From: Rhodocyclaceae bacterium
Lineage (GTDB): Bacteria > Pseudomonadota > Gammaproteobacteria > Burkholderiales > Rhodocyclaceae
Reading direction: 5' to 3'
NCBI GenBank assembly: GCA_041480065.1
Contig: JBGOZF010000019.1
Location: forward strand, 1,194 to 65,193
Length of the DNA stretch: 64,000 bases
The notes below the pieces were generated by a model. The model did no database searches, was not told where the DNA came from, and saw only the letters and a list, made by a program, of their open reading frames with translations. Below, piece after piece: positions 1 through 9,050 of the stretch. Numbering within the stretch: position 1 is the stretch's first letter; each line of letters begins with the position of its first letter. Both the position numbers and the translations under genes were made by a program.

Positions 1-93
1 TTCATCTATGTCGTCAACCCGAAGCAGGTCGTTATCGAACAATCGGGCGTGTTCTATCGGGCTGATCGCGTCGACGTTTCCGAAGGCAAGTAG
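1..93 (+). CDS. 3' end of an upstream gene of unknown product; frame 1 is open to the TAG at 91-93
   Basis: Frame 1 is open from the window edge, reads ...FIYVVNPKQVVIEQSGVFYRADRVDVSEGK and stops at 91-93. No recognisable motif. Confidence 0.3.
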   Translation, partial: FIYVVNPKQVVIEQSGVFYRADRVDVSEGK

Positions 94-677
94 CCTCGTG
101 CCGCAGCGAACGCCTGTCTCACATCCGGCGCGGGCGCTCGTCGCATGATCGCGCCTCTTCGCGTGCGACCCCGATTCGGACGGGGCGAGGGCGCTTTAGA
201 CGCCGCCGCTGGCGGTCAGTGACGCTTTCGGGTTCCCCCTGAAGCAGAACTTAACGGAGCGACATCTGAAAACGCAGAGGACGGCTTCGGGAAGGAAACC
301 GGTCGCAGGATTTGCTGAGGCCATAGTTCCATTGTGGGCACGCTGCCGACGTAGCCTGAACGAAGGACCTGCCGTTCGACGCGATTTCCGAGTCTACGAC
401 CGGTAACCGCCACGCTGCGGCCATTGGCGAATGCACCCGCGACCGGCGGCAAAGGCCGAACTGCCGAACGCCGCCCCCAAAGCCGCAATCATGCACGCTT
501 GGCCCGAACCGCCGGGCATCGTGGACGACAGGCGGGTGATGCGATTGATGCCTGTCAGAGCGCCGAAGGTTCAGTCCTCGCTGGCGAGGAACCCGATCTG
601 GCCACTGCCGATGAAGCGGCCGCGGGGGTCCGCCAGGCCAGCGCGTCCTGAATCGCCTGACGACAGTCACCGTCCAA

Positions 678-2645
678 TCAGTACAACTGGATGGCCATGT
701 CGAAGTGCCAGGTCCGGCGGATTTCGACCACGTCGTACTGGCGGGCCAGTCCCGGCGGGAACGCTTGGTAGGGCACATGGCTTTGCACGATGCGCCGTAT
801 CGCTTCATCGACTTCCGCCACGCCAGTGGAGAGAACGAAGGTCACTGTCTCCACGGATCCGTCGCTTCGGACAGCCACGGTCACCATGGGATCGGTATGA
901 GGCCGCTTCGCCACTTCACGGACCGTGTCGACAGGCGTGTTGAGCTGGATCTTCCGGGCCCACGCCTCCGCGTAGTCGGCGAGTTCAGCGTTGGGGTGGC
1001 CACGCCCCCATAGCCTGACCCGACGTGCGGTGCTCAACGAGAGGGGTAGCCTGGAAGGCGAGCGAGCGGAATTCGAGGCTGCTTCACGCCGGGCGGCTTC
1101 CTCTTCGAGCTGACGTCCCATGGCGCGACGCCGCGCATCCCGTCTTGCGTCTTCCTCTTGTTCCGCCAGGACGTGCGCGGCTTCCAGTCGTGCGGCCTCC
1201 CCGCGCGCCGCTTCCTGTCGAGCTGCCTCCTGACCCTGCGCTTCCAGCTTCGCCGCCGCTAATCGTGCGCCCTCCTGGCGTTCGGCTTCCAGTCGTGCGG
1301 CCTCGGCGCGTGCCGCTTCCTGACGAGATGCTTCCTGACCCTGTGCTTCCAGCTTTGCCGCTGCCAATCGCGCGGCTTCCTGCCGTTCGGCCTCCAGTCG
1401 TGCGGCCTCGACGCTTGCCGTTTCCTGACGAACTGCCTCCTGACGCTGGGCCTCCTGCTTTGCCGCCGCCTGTCGCGCGGCCTCCTGGCGTTCGGCCTCC
1501 TGGCGTTCGGCCTCCAGTCGTGCGGCCTCGACGCGCGCTGCTTCCTGACGAGTGGCCTCCCGACGCTGCGCCTCCAGCTTTGCCGCCGCCTGTCGCGCGG
1601 CCTCCTGGCGTTCAGCCTTCAGTCGTGCGGCCTCGACGCGCGCCGCTTCCTGGCGAGTGGCCTCCTGACGCTGCGCCTCAAGCTTTGCCGCCGCCGTTCG
1701 TGCGGCCTCGGCGCGCGCCGCTTCCTGACGAGCGGCCTCCAGTTGCGCGGCATTAACCCGCGCCGCCTCCAACTGGTCCGCCTGTCGTTGTGCCTCGTGC
1801 TCCGATGGATCGGGCTTGGCCACTTCAACGGCTTGCTCCCGCACCTCTGGTTCGGCTTGCTTCTGCGCTACCTCGCTGGCATCTTGAGGAGCCGGCATCA
1901 CGGTCTCCGTGGTCGAAGCGCTTGGTGCAACCGCGGTGACAAGCGTTGGCGCTGGTGGAGGGGGCGGCACGACGAACGCGGGCTCGTCGGACCGCTCCAT
2001 GGCGATCACTGCCACCGCAGGGGTCGGCGCGGGCGCCGCGTTACCGGACCCTTCGGTGCGCAAAGACGCTTTCGCAGGAACCGTAGCGGTCGCGACATCT
2101 GGCGCTGGTTCAGCCTTGGCCGTCGCTTCGGGCACGATCGTTTCTGCCGTCCGGCCCGGGGGTGGGGCAGAGGACTCGGATGGTGTCGGGGCCGGCCCAC
2201 CGGCAACGGGCTGCTCGATCGATGCCTGCTGCAGCGGCTCCTTGACCGACCTACCCGCAGGCTCGGCAGCTGCGACCTGCGCCGGCATGAGCACGACGCG
2301 TAGATTTGGCGCCTCGATCCATCGCGCTTGCCAGGGGAAGGCGAAGCCCGGAAACCCAAATTCCTGGTCACCGAAGGTCAAGCTCAACAGCAGCGCGTGA
2401 ATGAGCAGGGAGAGCAGGAATGCGAGAGTCAGCCGCCTGCGTTCAGCGCTGGTGCGTTGGTGCGGCAGCTGGCCGCAGTCGGCGGCTTCCGGAGATGGCG
2501 CCGGCTTTGGCTCGGATGGCTGCGTCGGCGCGGCGCTGGAACCTACCGAACCCAAGCGCGCTCCGCCGTCGCTGCCCGGGCACTGCCATTGGCGCCAAGC
2601 GGGAAGGCCCCCCGCCCCGTGCGACTGGCGACCTGACAGGCCCAC
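678..2645 (-). CDS. TonB/TolA-family-like envelope protein. N-terminal TM helix, Pro/Ala-rich linker, long (EAARQ)n coiled-coil repeat region, TonB_C/TolA_III-like C-terminal domain. Start uncertain.
   Basis: TM segment LTLAFLLSLLIHALLLSLTF. PAP-rich stretch. About 200 aa of EAARxEAxRQ heptad-like repeats. C-terminal about 100 aa (VTVAVRSDGSVETVTFVLSTGVAEVDEAIRRIV...) resembles the TonB C-terminal fold. There are about 70 aa before the TM, which is unusually long, so the true start may be an internal alternative codon. Confidence 0.55.
   Translation of the reverse strand: MGLSGRQSHGAGGLPAWRQWQCPGSDGGARLGSVGSSAAPTQPSEPKPAPSPEAADCGQLPHQRTSAERRRLTLAFLLSLLIHALLLSLTFGDQEFGFPGFAFPWQARWIEAPNLRVVLMPAQVAAAEPAGRSVKEPLQQASIEQPVAGGPAPTPSESSAPPPGRTAETIVPEATAKAEPAPDVATATVPAKASLRTEGSGNAAPAPTPAVAVIAMERSDEPAFVVPPPPPAPTLVTAVAPSASTTETVMPAPQDASEVAQKQAEPEVREQAVEVAKPDPSEHEAQRQADQLEAARVNAAQLEAARQEAARAEAARTAAAKLEAQRQEATRQEAARVEAARLKAERQEAARQAAAKLEAQRREATRQEAARVEAARLEAERQEAERQEAARQAAAKQEAQRQEAVRQETASVEAARLEAERQEAARLAAAKLEAQGQEASRQEAARAEAARLEAERQEGARLAAAKLEAQGQEAARQEAARGEAARLEAAHVLAEQEEDARRDARRRAMGRQLEEEAARREAASNSARSPSRLPLSLSTARRVRLWGRGHPNAELADYAEAWARKIQLNTPVDTVREVAKRPHTDPMVTVAVRSDGSVETVTFVLSTGVAEVDEAIRRIVQSHVPYQAFPPGLARQYDVVEIRRTWHFDMAIQLY
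1180..1720. repeat. About five tandem copies of a 105-bp (35-aa) coding repeat. One copy is 120 bp because of an internal 15-bp duplication.
   Basis: The motif ctt/cctccagtcgtgcggcctc recurs at about 1181, 1286, 1391, 1511 and 1616. Encoded peptide on the minus strand is AAKLEAQRQEATRQEAARVEAARLEAERQEAARQ. Confidence 0.75.
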
Positions 2646-3204
2646 CGGTCATGACCTTGCCAATGCACATGGGAGACACTCGTGAACCGCATCCGCTCTA
2701 TTTCCTTTTCCGCGCCGGTAAGACCAGGGCGTCGATTATCACGGTTCCGAACGAACCGTCGACGTACGGGGAGCCATTGCGCACCGAACGAGGAGCCCGG
2801 CGCGCTTCGCCCGGGCCCGAGGATATCACCCGTGCTTTGGCGACAACACCCCCATCCCCACAAACGCAGCCCTCACGCACGGTCGAACCCGCGCTCCACC
2901 CGCGCCAGTCCTACCAGGCAGGCGCCGCCAAACCACGTTGTGATCACATGCGCATGCAGTGCAGACGGTCCGAATCATGGAGCGATACATCGACGGGGGG
3001 CCGTCGAACGCTGTCCACGCTGGTTAGTCAGTGCCTCGACGACTGGATCGATGAGAACCGGGCTGCACCCGATTCAGTGGGCACGAAGGTCAGCTTCGAG
3101 GTGAGGTCGTCGCCTTCAGCCAGCGCCCTCTCTGGCCGACAAGTCGGCAGTGGAGCTCTCGCCCGGCAGATCCTCGGTCAAGGATACTGCAGCGCAAGTG
3201 CCTA

Positions 3205-3630
3205 TCAGTCAGGCCCAACCATCGGGCACGACAGAACCTGCCGTTCCGGGAGCGGAGAGTTCTTCCAACCGGGCGCAGCCAGATTCTGGAAGGCATCGAG
3301 CGATTGATATCCGGTCACATTCCAACCTGGCCCGCTCGTATGTTCGACCTCGACAACCGCGTACCGGCAATGCTTACTGCGTACCTTCAACCGATAGGCG
3401 ATTCGCCGGCGACCTGGCGAGACGTCCTCTTCCAGGACTTCGTAGCCAGTGGGCTTGCACACACTGAAGCTCGAATTCCACTCGATCGTATTGGCGCGGA
3501 TGTGAAGACCGCCGGAACATGCCCGGCCGGTACCGCCGAACGTGCCCGTGAACGGCTTGTCGGCGGCGAGTGCCGGCGCCGCCGCCATCGCGATACACAG
3601 CAACCAGCAGCCGTTTCTCACGGCGCGCAT
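3205..3630 (-). CDS. Hypothetical secreted protein (141 aa) with signal peptide and 4 Cys
   Basis: MRAVRNGCWLLCIAMAAAPALA then ADKP: Sec signal peptide with AxA cleavage site. The upstream 42 aa of the tabulated ORF are Arg-rich and non-protein-like. Confidence 0.45.
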   Translation of the reverse strand: MRAVRNGCWLLCIAMAAAPALAADKPFTGTFGGTGRACSGGLHIRANTIEWNSSFSVCKPTGYEVLEEDVSPGRRRIAYRLKVRSKHCRYAVVEVEHTSGPGWNVTGYQSLDAFQNLAAPGWKNSPLPERQVLSCPMVGPD

Positions 3631-3850
3631 AGCGCGGCCTTCCGGAATCTCAGCAGTTGGCCCGGGTGCAAAATGTGTGCTGTCGGATTGAGTCTTCTGA
3701 GCGTCTCGACGGTGGTGCCGCGCTCCCCGGAAATTCTGTCGAGGCTGCGACAGCATGGGCGAGTTGTTCGCCTACTACGCCGCCCTCCAGTCCGGTCAAT
3801 CGGAGGCAGGACTTGAAACCGCTCACGCCGTAGGGAAAGTGGCACGATGC

Positions 3851-3886
3851 AAAAAGGGCCGGGCGATTGCCCGGCCCTTCTTTGTA
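3851..3886 (-). terminator. Rho-independent terminator, bidirectional hairpin GGGCCGGGC-gattg-CCCGGCCC flanked by an A-run and a T-run
   Basis: aaaaaGGGCCGGGcgattgCCCGGCCCttctttgt lies about 60 nt downstream of the PEP-CTERM gene stop (3946). In minus orientation the hairpin is followed by TTTTT. Confidence 0.5.
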
Positions 3887-3945
3887 GAACCTTCAATTCG
3901 GAGAAGGCCCCGCATGCTTAGCGGCACCTTCTCGAATCGTCGGGA

Positions 3946-4470
3946 TCAGCCCCGCAAGCGCCGCCGCGCGATCACGCCCAACAGGCCGAGACCGGCAAGC
4001 ATCATGGCGTAGCTTTCAGGTTCCGGCACAGCCGCCGAGGCGGTATACGCGTAGGACGACGGGCTCGGACCCGTCGCCGTACCGGACACCTTGAAGTAGT
4101 AATAACCTTCCACCAGCGGGCCGCCGTTGGTGATGTAGTCACCGGAGCCGATGGTGGCATACAGCGCAAACGTCGTACTGCCGGGTTGAGCGTGGAAGAG
4201 ATCCACCGTCAGGCCGGTGATGTTGGACCCATCCACCTTGGGCTGGTCGGCGATCGTACCCAAACCACTCCAAATGTCATCTGCCGAACCCAGGACCGAG
4301 AACTTGAGCTGATCCGTGAAGGAACCCACATCGTGTTGAATGAACCCGGAGGCGAAATAGGTTTCGCCCGATACGTTTGCCACGTTGCCAAAGTCCAGGA
4401 CCACGTCGTTGGCTGAGGCGCTGGCCATGGCGATGAGGCCAAGCGCTGCCACAAGTGCCTTCAATTTCAT
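3946..4470 (-). CDS. PEP-CTERM sorting-domain protein (exosortase substrate), secreted
   Basis: N-terminal signal MKLKALVAALGLIAMASASA. C-terminus AAVPEPESYAMMLAGLGLLGVIARRRLRG is a VPEP motif, a TM helix and a basic tail, the canonical PEP-CTERM signal. RBS ggaggtcttt precedes the ATG. Confidence 0.75.
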   Translation of the reverse strand: MKLKALVAALGLIAMASASANDVVLDFGNVANVSGETYFASGFIQHDVGSFTDQLKFSVLGSADDIWSGLGTIADQPKVDGSNITGLTVDLFHAQPGSTTFALYATIGSGDYITNGGPLVEGYYYFKVSGTATGPSPSSYAYTASAAVPEPESYAMMLAGLGLLGVIARRRLRG

Positions 4471-4782
4471 AAAGACCTCCGAAAAGAAGAGGGAAAACCT
4501 CCCACCGGGCACGAACCTTGGTTGCAGTCGCGCTGGTAATCTACGTTGCCGCGAGGATTCGAGTCAATGATCCGATCGAGCTAAACCGAAGGTGGTATGA
4601 CGGACGGAGTAGTGGCGACTCGCCTGGCGCAAGTCACGTGGCTTGGCGTCGCTGGGTAACCAGCTTGTGATTGTCTTCACTGAGAACGCCAGAGACGAAG
4701 ACATCGTTCGATTCGTCCGTGAGATTCCGGCCCTGTTGGCGGAAGCGCAGTAGCTGGCATGGCAGTTTGCGAGCGCGTGCGC

Positions 4783-5445
4783 CTACCCTCGCGCCACCGC
4801 GGTGACGACATAGCGAAGCGGCCCGCCGGTGCGCAGGGCGTCGAAGGGCCAGCAGGTAATCAGGGTCAGGCGTGTCGGGCCGGAGGGATCGAGTGGCGAG
4901 AGGTCGGTCTTGTCGGTCACGCGCGTTTCGGTCACGCGGTAGGCCTGCCAGCGGCCGTCCGGCCGTTGCACGCGCAGTTCGTCGCCGACATGCACATCCT
5001 TGAGGAAGCGCAGATGGGTGTCACGGTGGCCGCCGATGACGCTGTTGCCGGCCGTGCCCGGCTCTGCGGTGCCATAGACGTGGCCGGGGCCGAAGGCGAG
5101 CGCGCGGCCGTCGGCCCCGGCGAGAACAAAGAGGTCGACGTCACGCTCAGCCATGATCAGGCGGGCGACCGGCCAGGTGTCGGCCCAGGGCCAGGGCTTG
5201 ACGGCCTTGGCACCCGCCAGCGTCTGAGTCCAGGCGCGCTGCATCAGTACCTGCGCGAGTTCGGCCTTGGCCTTGATGTAGCCAGCCTGCCCGGCATGCC
5301 AGAGGCCGAAGGCCAGCAGCAGGAGAGCGGCGACGCGCAGCCAGCGCCGTTGCCGCCGGCCGGCCACCGGCCTGGCCTCTTGCGGCCAGGCGCATTCGAC
5401 GCCGAGCGGGACTCCGTAGTCGTCGATGAAGCTCGTCGCGCTCAT
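4783..5445 (-). CDS. Sortase family transpeptidase, proteobacterial type (class resembling TIGR03784)
   Basis: VIGGHRDTHLRFL (catalytic His region), TLITCWPFD (TLxTC catalytic Cys), C-terminal RYVV (Arg). Start taken at MSATSF, 11 nt after the stop of the upstream vWA gene. The longer tabulated ORF has a non-protein-like Arg/Gly-rich extension. Confidence 0.8.
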   Translation of the reverse strand: MSATSFIDDYGVPLGVECAWPQEARPVAGRRQRRWLRVAALLLLAFGLWHAGQAGYIKAKAELAQVLMQRAWTQTLAGAKAVKPWPWADTWPVARLIMAERDVDLFVLAGADGRALAFGPGHVYGTAEPGTAGNSVIGGHRDTHLRFLKDVHVGDELRVQRPDGRWQAYRVTETRVTDKTDLSPLDPSGPTRLTLITCWPFDALRTGGPLRYVVTAVARG

Positions 5446-5456
5446 GGCCGCCTGCC

Positions 5457-7556
5457 TCAGGCAAACGCCGGACGGCGCGAGGCGAACATCAGGCCGGCTG
5501 CGAGCAGCATGGCGATGGCGCCGAGCAGCAGATGCCAGGTGCTGTCGGTGGCGCCCTTCGGCAGTTCGCCGAACACGGCCGCGTAGTTCCACCCTTGGGG
5601 CAGGTTGGTCGGCATCGCGCCGCCCTTCAGGTCCGCATCGGCCGGCCGCACGGGCGTCTTGTCCACCGCCACCAGGCTGGTGTATTTGCTCGCCAGGTGA
5701 TGCTCGATGGCGATTTCCACGACCTTCGGCTTGACGTCGTCTTCGGTCGCGCCTTCGCGCAGGCTGTCGACCAGCGACTGGATCTTCTCGCGCGCCCAGA
5801 GCACGCCCAGGCCACTGCCCCGCTCGGCCTTGTCGAGCGCCAGCGTCGCTGCCCACGGCGCATCGCCGCGCAGGCCCGAGATGCGGACATCGCCCTGCAC
5901 CGCCTTGTCGAGCGCGACGCTGACCTGCACCGGCTCGCCGAGGTAGAGGTCGGGCACGCGCGCCAGCCAGGATTCAGCCTTGCCGGGCCAGTCGATGCGC
6001 ACGCCCTTCACTACCGGCGATTCGAGCTTGGCGAAGAGTGCTCCCATCTTCTCTTTCACTTCCTCGATGCGACCGATGTAGGTGAAAGTGCCGCGCCCGG
6101 TCTGCGCCGCCTTGCTCATGAACCAGCTATTGGGCGCCGAGCCGATGCCGACGGTGAAGAGCCGCGTGTCGCCGAGCTTTTCCTGGATCATCTTGAACAA
6201 GGCGTCTTCGTTGCCGACCGAGCCGTCGGTGAGAAAGATCACCTGGCGCACGCGCTGGGTGTCCTCGCTGCCGTTGAGTGCAAGGTTCAGCGCCGAAGCC
6301 ATTTCGGTGCCGCCCTGGGCCCGGAGGCCGTGCACGAAGCTCTTGGCTTTCTTCAGGTTGTCGGCACTCGCCGGTTGCGCATCGGCGAACAGCGGCGTCG
6401 CGGCGGAATTGAACTCGATGACGTTGTAGCGATCGGCCGGAGACAGCCGGGAGACGGCCATCTCCAGCGCTTCCTTGGCTTGCTGGAGCGAAGGTCCCTG
6501 CATCGAGCCGGAGGTGTCGATGATGTAGATCACTTCGCGCGGCAGGCGCACCGATTCGGCGCCGGCGGCCGGCGGCAACAGCATCAGCAGGCCGTAGGTC
6601 CTGCCCTTCCCGGCCTCGGTGAACAGCGCCGCCTGCGGGGCGCGGGTCGGTGTGGGCGTCCACACAAGTTCGAAGTCCTTGTTGGCTGGCACGGCGCCGT
6701 CGGCGAGTTCCACTTGGGCGCTGTGATCGTCCGGCCGCGTCACCTTGACGGCGTGGTAGGGGCTGGCGATGTTCGACAGCGGCACGCCGGCGTCGAGCGT
6801 CACCTTCAGGCGCACGGGGTTGATCGGTGCCTTGCCTTCCTGCGGCTTCACTACCGGCGGCGTGATGCGCGTGGCATCGGGCACCTGGTCGGTGTTGCGC
6901 GCCCATCCCGAAGCGGGTGTGCGGACTTGCCCTTCGGTCGGCGTGCCGGGAATGTAGCGCGGGCCGACGACCATGGGGAAGCGCAGGCTGAAGCTGCCGG
7001 CGTCGTAACGCAGGGTCTGCTGGTATTCGATCTCGACGACGATCTCGCCGCGCGGCGGGATGTTGGCGACGCTGGTGGTGAAGATGTTGGGCCGCTCCTG
7101 CTCGACCAGCGCCGCGCGCTGGCCATTGCTCTTGGCCTGTTCGTAGGTGGCCTTGGCGGCGGCCTTCTCCTTGACGTCGGCCTCGACGATGCGCTCGCCG
7201 ATCTTCATCTTCATGTGATCGACGGCGGCGTTCTCGGGCAGCGGAAAGACGTAGACGCCCTCCTGCCAGTCGTCGCTAGGATTGCGGAAGGTTTGCCGCA
7301 CGCGGGCGCGGCCGACGATGCCGGCGACATGGATGTCGACGTCGGTGTCGAGCACCGGCACCGCGAAGCTGCTGCCACTGGATTTGAAGAGCAGGCTGCC
7401 CTGCTGCGCCTCGGCCGGCCGGGTCGGAATGCGTTCAAGCTCGGCGGCCGCCGCGGCGAACCCGTAGCCGAGCAGCAATACGGCGACGAGAGCAACCGCC
7501 ACGGCCAGGAAGAACTCGGCCGCCGGCGAACGGCGACGAGCGATGGTGTTGTTCAT
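5457..7556 (-). CDS. Sortase target surface protein with VIT and von Willebrand factor A domains and a C-terminal LPxTG-like sorting signal
   Basis: Signal peptide with a TM-like h-region. VIT-like N-terminal region. vWA MIDAS motif IYIIDTSGSMQG. C-terminus ELPKGATDSTWHLLLGAIAMLLAAGLMFASRRP is a motif, a hydrophobic segment and a basic tail. Lies immediately upstream of the sortase gene. Confidence 0.8.
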   Translation of the reverse strand: MNNTIARRRSPAAEFFLAVAVALVAVLLLGYGFAAAAAELERIPTRPAEAQQGSLLFKSSGSSFAVPVLDTDVDIHVAGIVGRARVRQTFRNPSDDWQEGVYVFPLPENAAVDHMKMKIGERIVEADVKEKAAAKATYEQAKSNGQRAALVEQERPNIFTTSVANIPPRGEIVVEIEYQQTLRYDAGSFSLRFPMVVGPRYIPGTPTEGQVRTPASGWARNTDQVPDATRITPPVVKPQEGKAPINPVRLKVTLDAGVPLSNIASPYHAVKVTRPDDHSAQVELADGAVPANKDFELVWTPTPTRAPQAALFTEAGKGRTYGLLMLLPPAAGAESVRLPREVIYIIDTSGSMQGPSLQQAKEALEMAVSRLSPADRYNVIEFNSAATPLFADAQPASADNLKKAKSFVHGLRAQGGTEMASALNLALNGSEDTQRVRQVIFLTDGSVGNEDALFKMIQEKLGDTRLFTVGIGSAPNSWFMSKAAQTGRGTFTYIGRIEEVKEKMGALFAKLESPVVKGVRIDWPGKAESWLARVPDLYLGEPVQVSVALDKAVQGDVRISGLRGDAPWAATLALDKAERGSGLGVLWAREKIQSLVDSLREGATEDDVKPKVVEIAIEHHLASKYTSLVAVDKTPVRPADADLKGGAMPTNLPQGWNYAAVFGELPKGATDSTWHLLLGAIAMLLAAGLMFASRRPAFA

Positions 7557-7705
7557 TGTGACCTCCCGTGAGATTGGGCTTCAGCCCACGGGTGTCATTT
7601 CATGCCCGCCACCGGTCAATGCGATGGAACGAGGCTGGCCGGCCGGCGAGGAATTGTGGCAGGAATGTGGTCCACCGGACTGCGCCGGCGGGTGGCCCGC
7701 CCGAA

Positions 7706-9034
7706 TTACTCCAGCAGCGTGTTGATCGCGATCACGTCTTCGTCGGCGAGATTGCCTGCCGCGGCCTTGAGCTTCAGTTGTGCAACCAGGGTGTCGAGGC
7801 GCGCCTTCATCAGCTTCTGGCGCGTGTCGTAGAGTTGGCTCTGCGCGTTGAGGACGTCGATGTTGATGCGCACGCCCACTTCGTAGCCGAGCTTGTTCGA
7901 ATCCAGCGCGGCCTGCGATGAAGCCACCGCCGCCTCGTAAGCCTTGACCTGCGACAGGCCGGAGCTGACGCCGAGGAAAGCCTGGCGCGCGCCCAGCGCC
8001 GCCTGCCGGCGGGCATTGTCGAGATCGGCAAGGGCCTTCTCGCGCAGCGCCACCGCTTCGGTGGTCTTCGATACCACGTAGCCGCCGGCAAAGAGGGGAA
8101 CAGCCACTTGCAGACCGACGGTCCGGTTGGTGGTGTCGATGCCGGCCCCGCCCGGAACGCTAGCGCTGTAGCCGGCGCCGTTCTTGCCATAGGTGGCGAC
8201 GAGATCGAGCGTCGGCATGTGGCCCGCGCGCTGTTTGCTCACTTCCTGGCTGGCGATTTCCAGCCCTGCCTGCGCCTGCACCACCGTCGGATTGCCGGTC
8301 TCCGCCGTCTCGGCCCACTTCATCATGTCGTCGGGCTGCGGCCGGCTGATCAGCGTTCCCGGCTTCAGGGTCTTCAGGACATCGGGTTCGTTGCCGGCCA
8401 CGGTACGCAGCACCTGCCGCTTGACGGTGAGGTCGCTGTCGGCGGCGATTTCGGTCGCCACCGCGAGGTCGTAGCGCGCCTGGGCTTCGTGGGTATCGGT
8501 GATGGTGGCCGTTCCGACTTCGAAGTTGCGCTTGGCCGATTCGAGCTGCTGGGTGATGGCGATCTTCTGCGCCTGGCTGACGGCAAGGGTTTCCTGCGCC
8601 AGCAGGACATCGAAGTAGGCCTGGGCGACGCGCAGGATCAGGTCCTGCCGGGCAGCGGCGAACTGCGCTTCGGCCTGGGCGACGCCGAACTCCCCCTGTT
8701 TGTAAGTAGCCCAGTTCTGCCAGCGGAACAGCGGCTGCGAGAGTGTCGCGGTCCAGCCATGGCTGTTGTAGTTGAGGCTGCTCTTCGACTGCGGATTCGT
8801 GCGGGGGGTGATGTCGGTGTCGTTCCAGACCGTGTTCGCCGATACGCCCAGGTTCGGCAGCAGACCCGCCCGGCTCTGCGGCAGCCGCTCGCGGCCGGCA
8901 TCGAGGCTGGCCTTGGCGGCGGCGAAGGTGGCGTCGTAGCCGACCGCATCGCGGTAGACGGACGCCAGATCCGCCGCTTGCGCGGCGCTCGCCAGGAACA
9001 TGCCGGATATCAGCAGGGATAGGGTCTTGTTCAT
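7706..9034 (-). CDS. TolC-family outer membrane efflux channel
   Basis: Start at MNKTLSLLISGMFLASAAQA (signal peptide). Two-repeat architecture of helical and beta segments typical of the outer membrane factor family. Ends ...INTLLE. Confidence 0.8.
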   Translation of the reverse strand: MNKTLSLLISGMFLASAAQAADLASVYRDAVGYDATFAAAKASLDAGRERLPQSRAGLLPNLGVSANTVWNDTDITPRTNPQSKSSLNYNSHGWTATLSQPLFRWQNWATYKQGEFGVAQAEAQFAAARQDLILRVAQAYFDVLLAQETLAVSQAQKIAITQQLESAKRNFEVGTATITDTHEAQARYDLAVATEIAADSDLTVKRQVLRTVAGNEPDVLKTLKPGTLISRPQPDDMMKWAETAETGNPTVVQAQAGLEIASQEVSKQRAGHMPTLDLVATYGKNGAGYSASVPGGAGIDTTNRTVGLQVAVPLFAGGYVVSKTTEAVALREKALADLDNARRQAALGARQAFLGVSSGLSQVKAYEAAVASSQAALDSNKLGYEVGVRINIDVLNAQSQLYDTRQKLMKARLDTLVAQLKLKAAAGNLADEDVIAINTLLE

Positions 9035-9050
9035 TGCCAGCTCCGCTCGG

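Noticed and set aside
100-678. About 580-nt region at the window start searched for tRNA or structured RNA
   Set aside because: Only a weak imperfect hairpin (ggttcagtcctcgc...gcgaggaacc) was seen. I could not assemble a cloverleaf by eye. It is most likely promoter/leader sequence of the flanking genes, but it cannot be excluded without an Rfam/tRNAscan run.
1180-1720. Regular direct repeats considered as a possible CRISPR array
   Set aside because: Units are contiguous 105-bp copies with no unique spacers. They lie inside an open reading frame and encode an amphipathic helical repeat.
1025-1756. 243-aa Pro/Arg-rich plus-strand ORF across the 105-bp repeat array
   Set aside because: Mirror frame of the coiled-coil repeat on the opposite strand. 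The minus-strand frame connects a TM segment to a TonB_C-like domain and is the real one.
4783-5856. Longer 357-aa form of the sortase ORF, and similar long N-terminal extensions on ORFs 7706-9277, 13212-14564, 14222-15217, 22237-23265, 29773-30570, 35562-37217 and 60629-61972
   Set aside because: The extensions are Arg/Gly/Pro-rich and lack hydrophobic cores. Many overlap the preceding gene. Internal starts coincide with signal peptides, lipoboxes, conserved N-termini and stop/start overlaps.
5532-7571. 679-aa plus-strand ORF antisense to the VIT-vWA sortase target
   Set aside because: Arg/Gly/Ala-rich with no motifs. The opposite strand encodes a protein with MIDAS and sorting-signal features.
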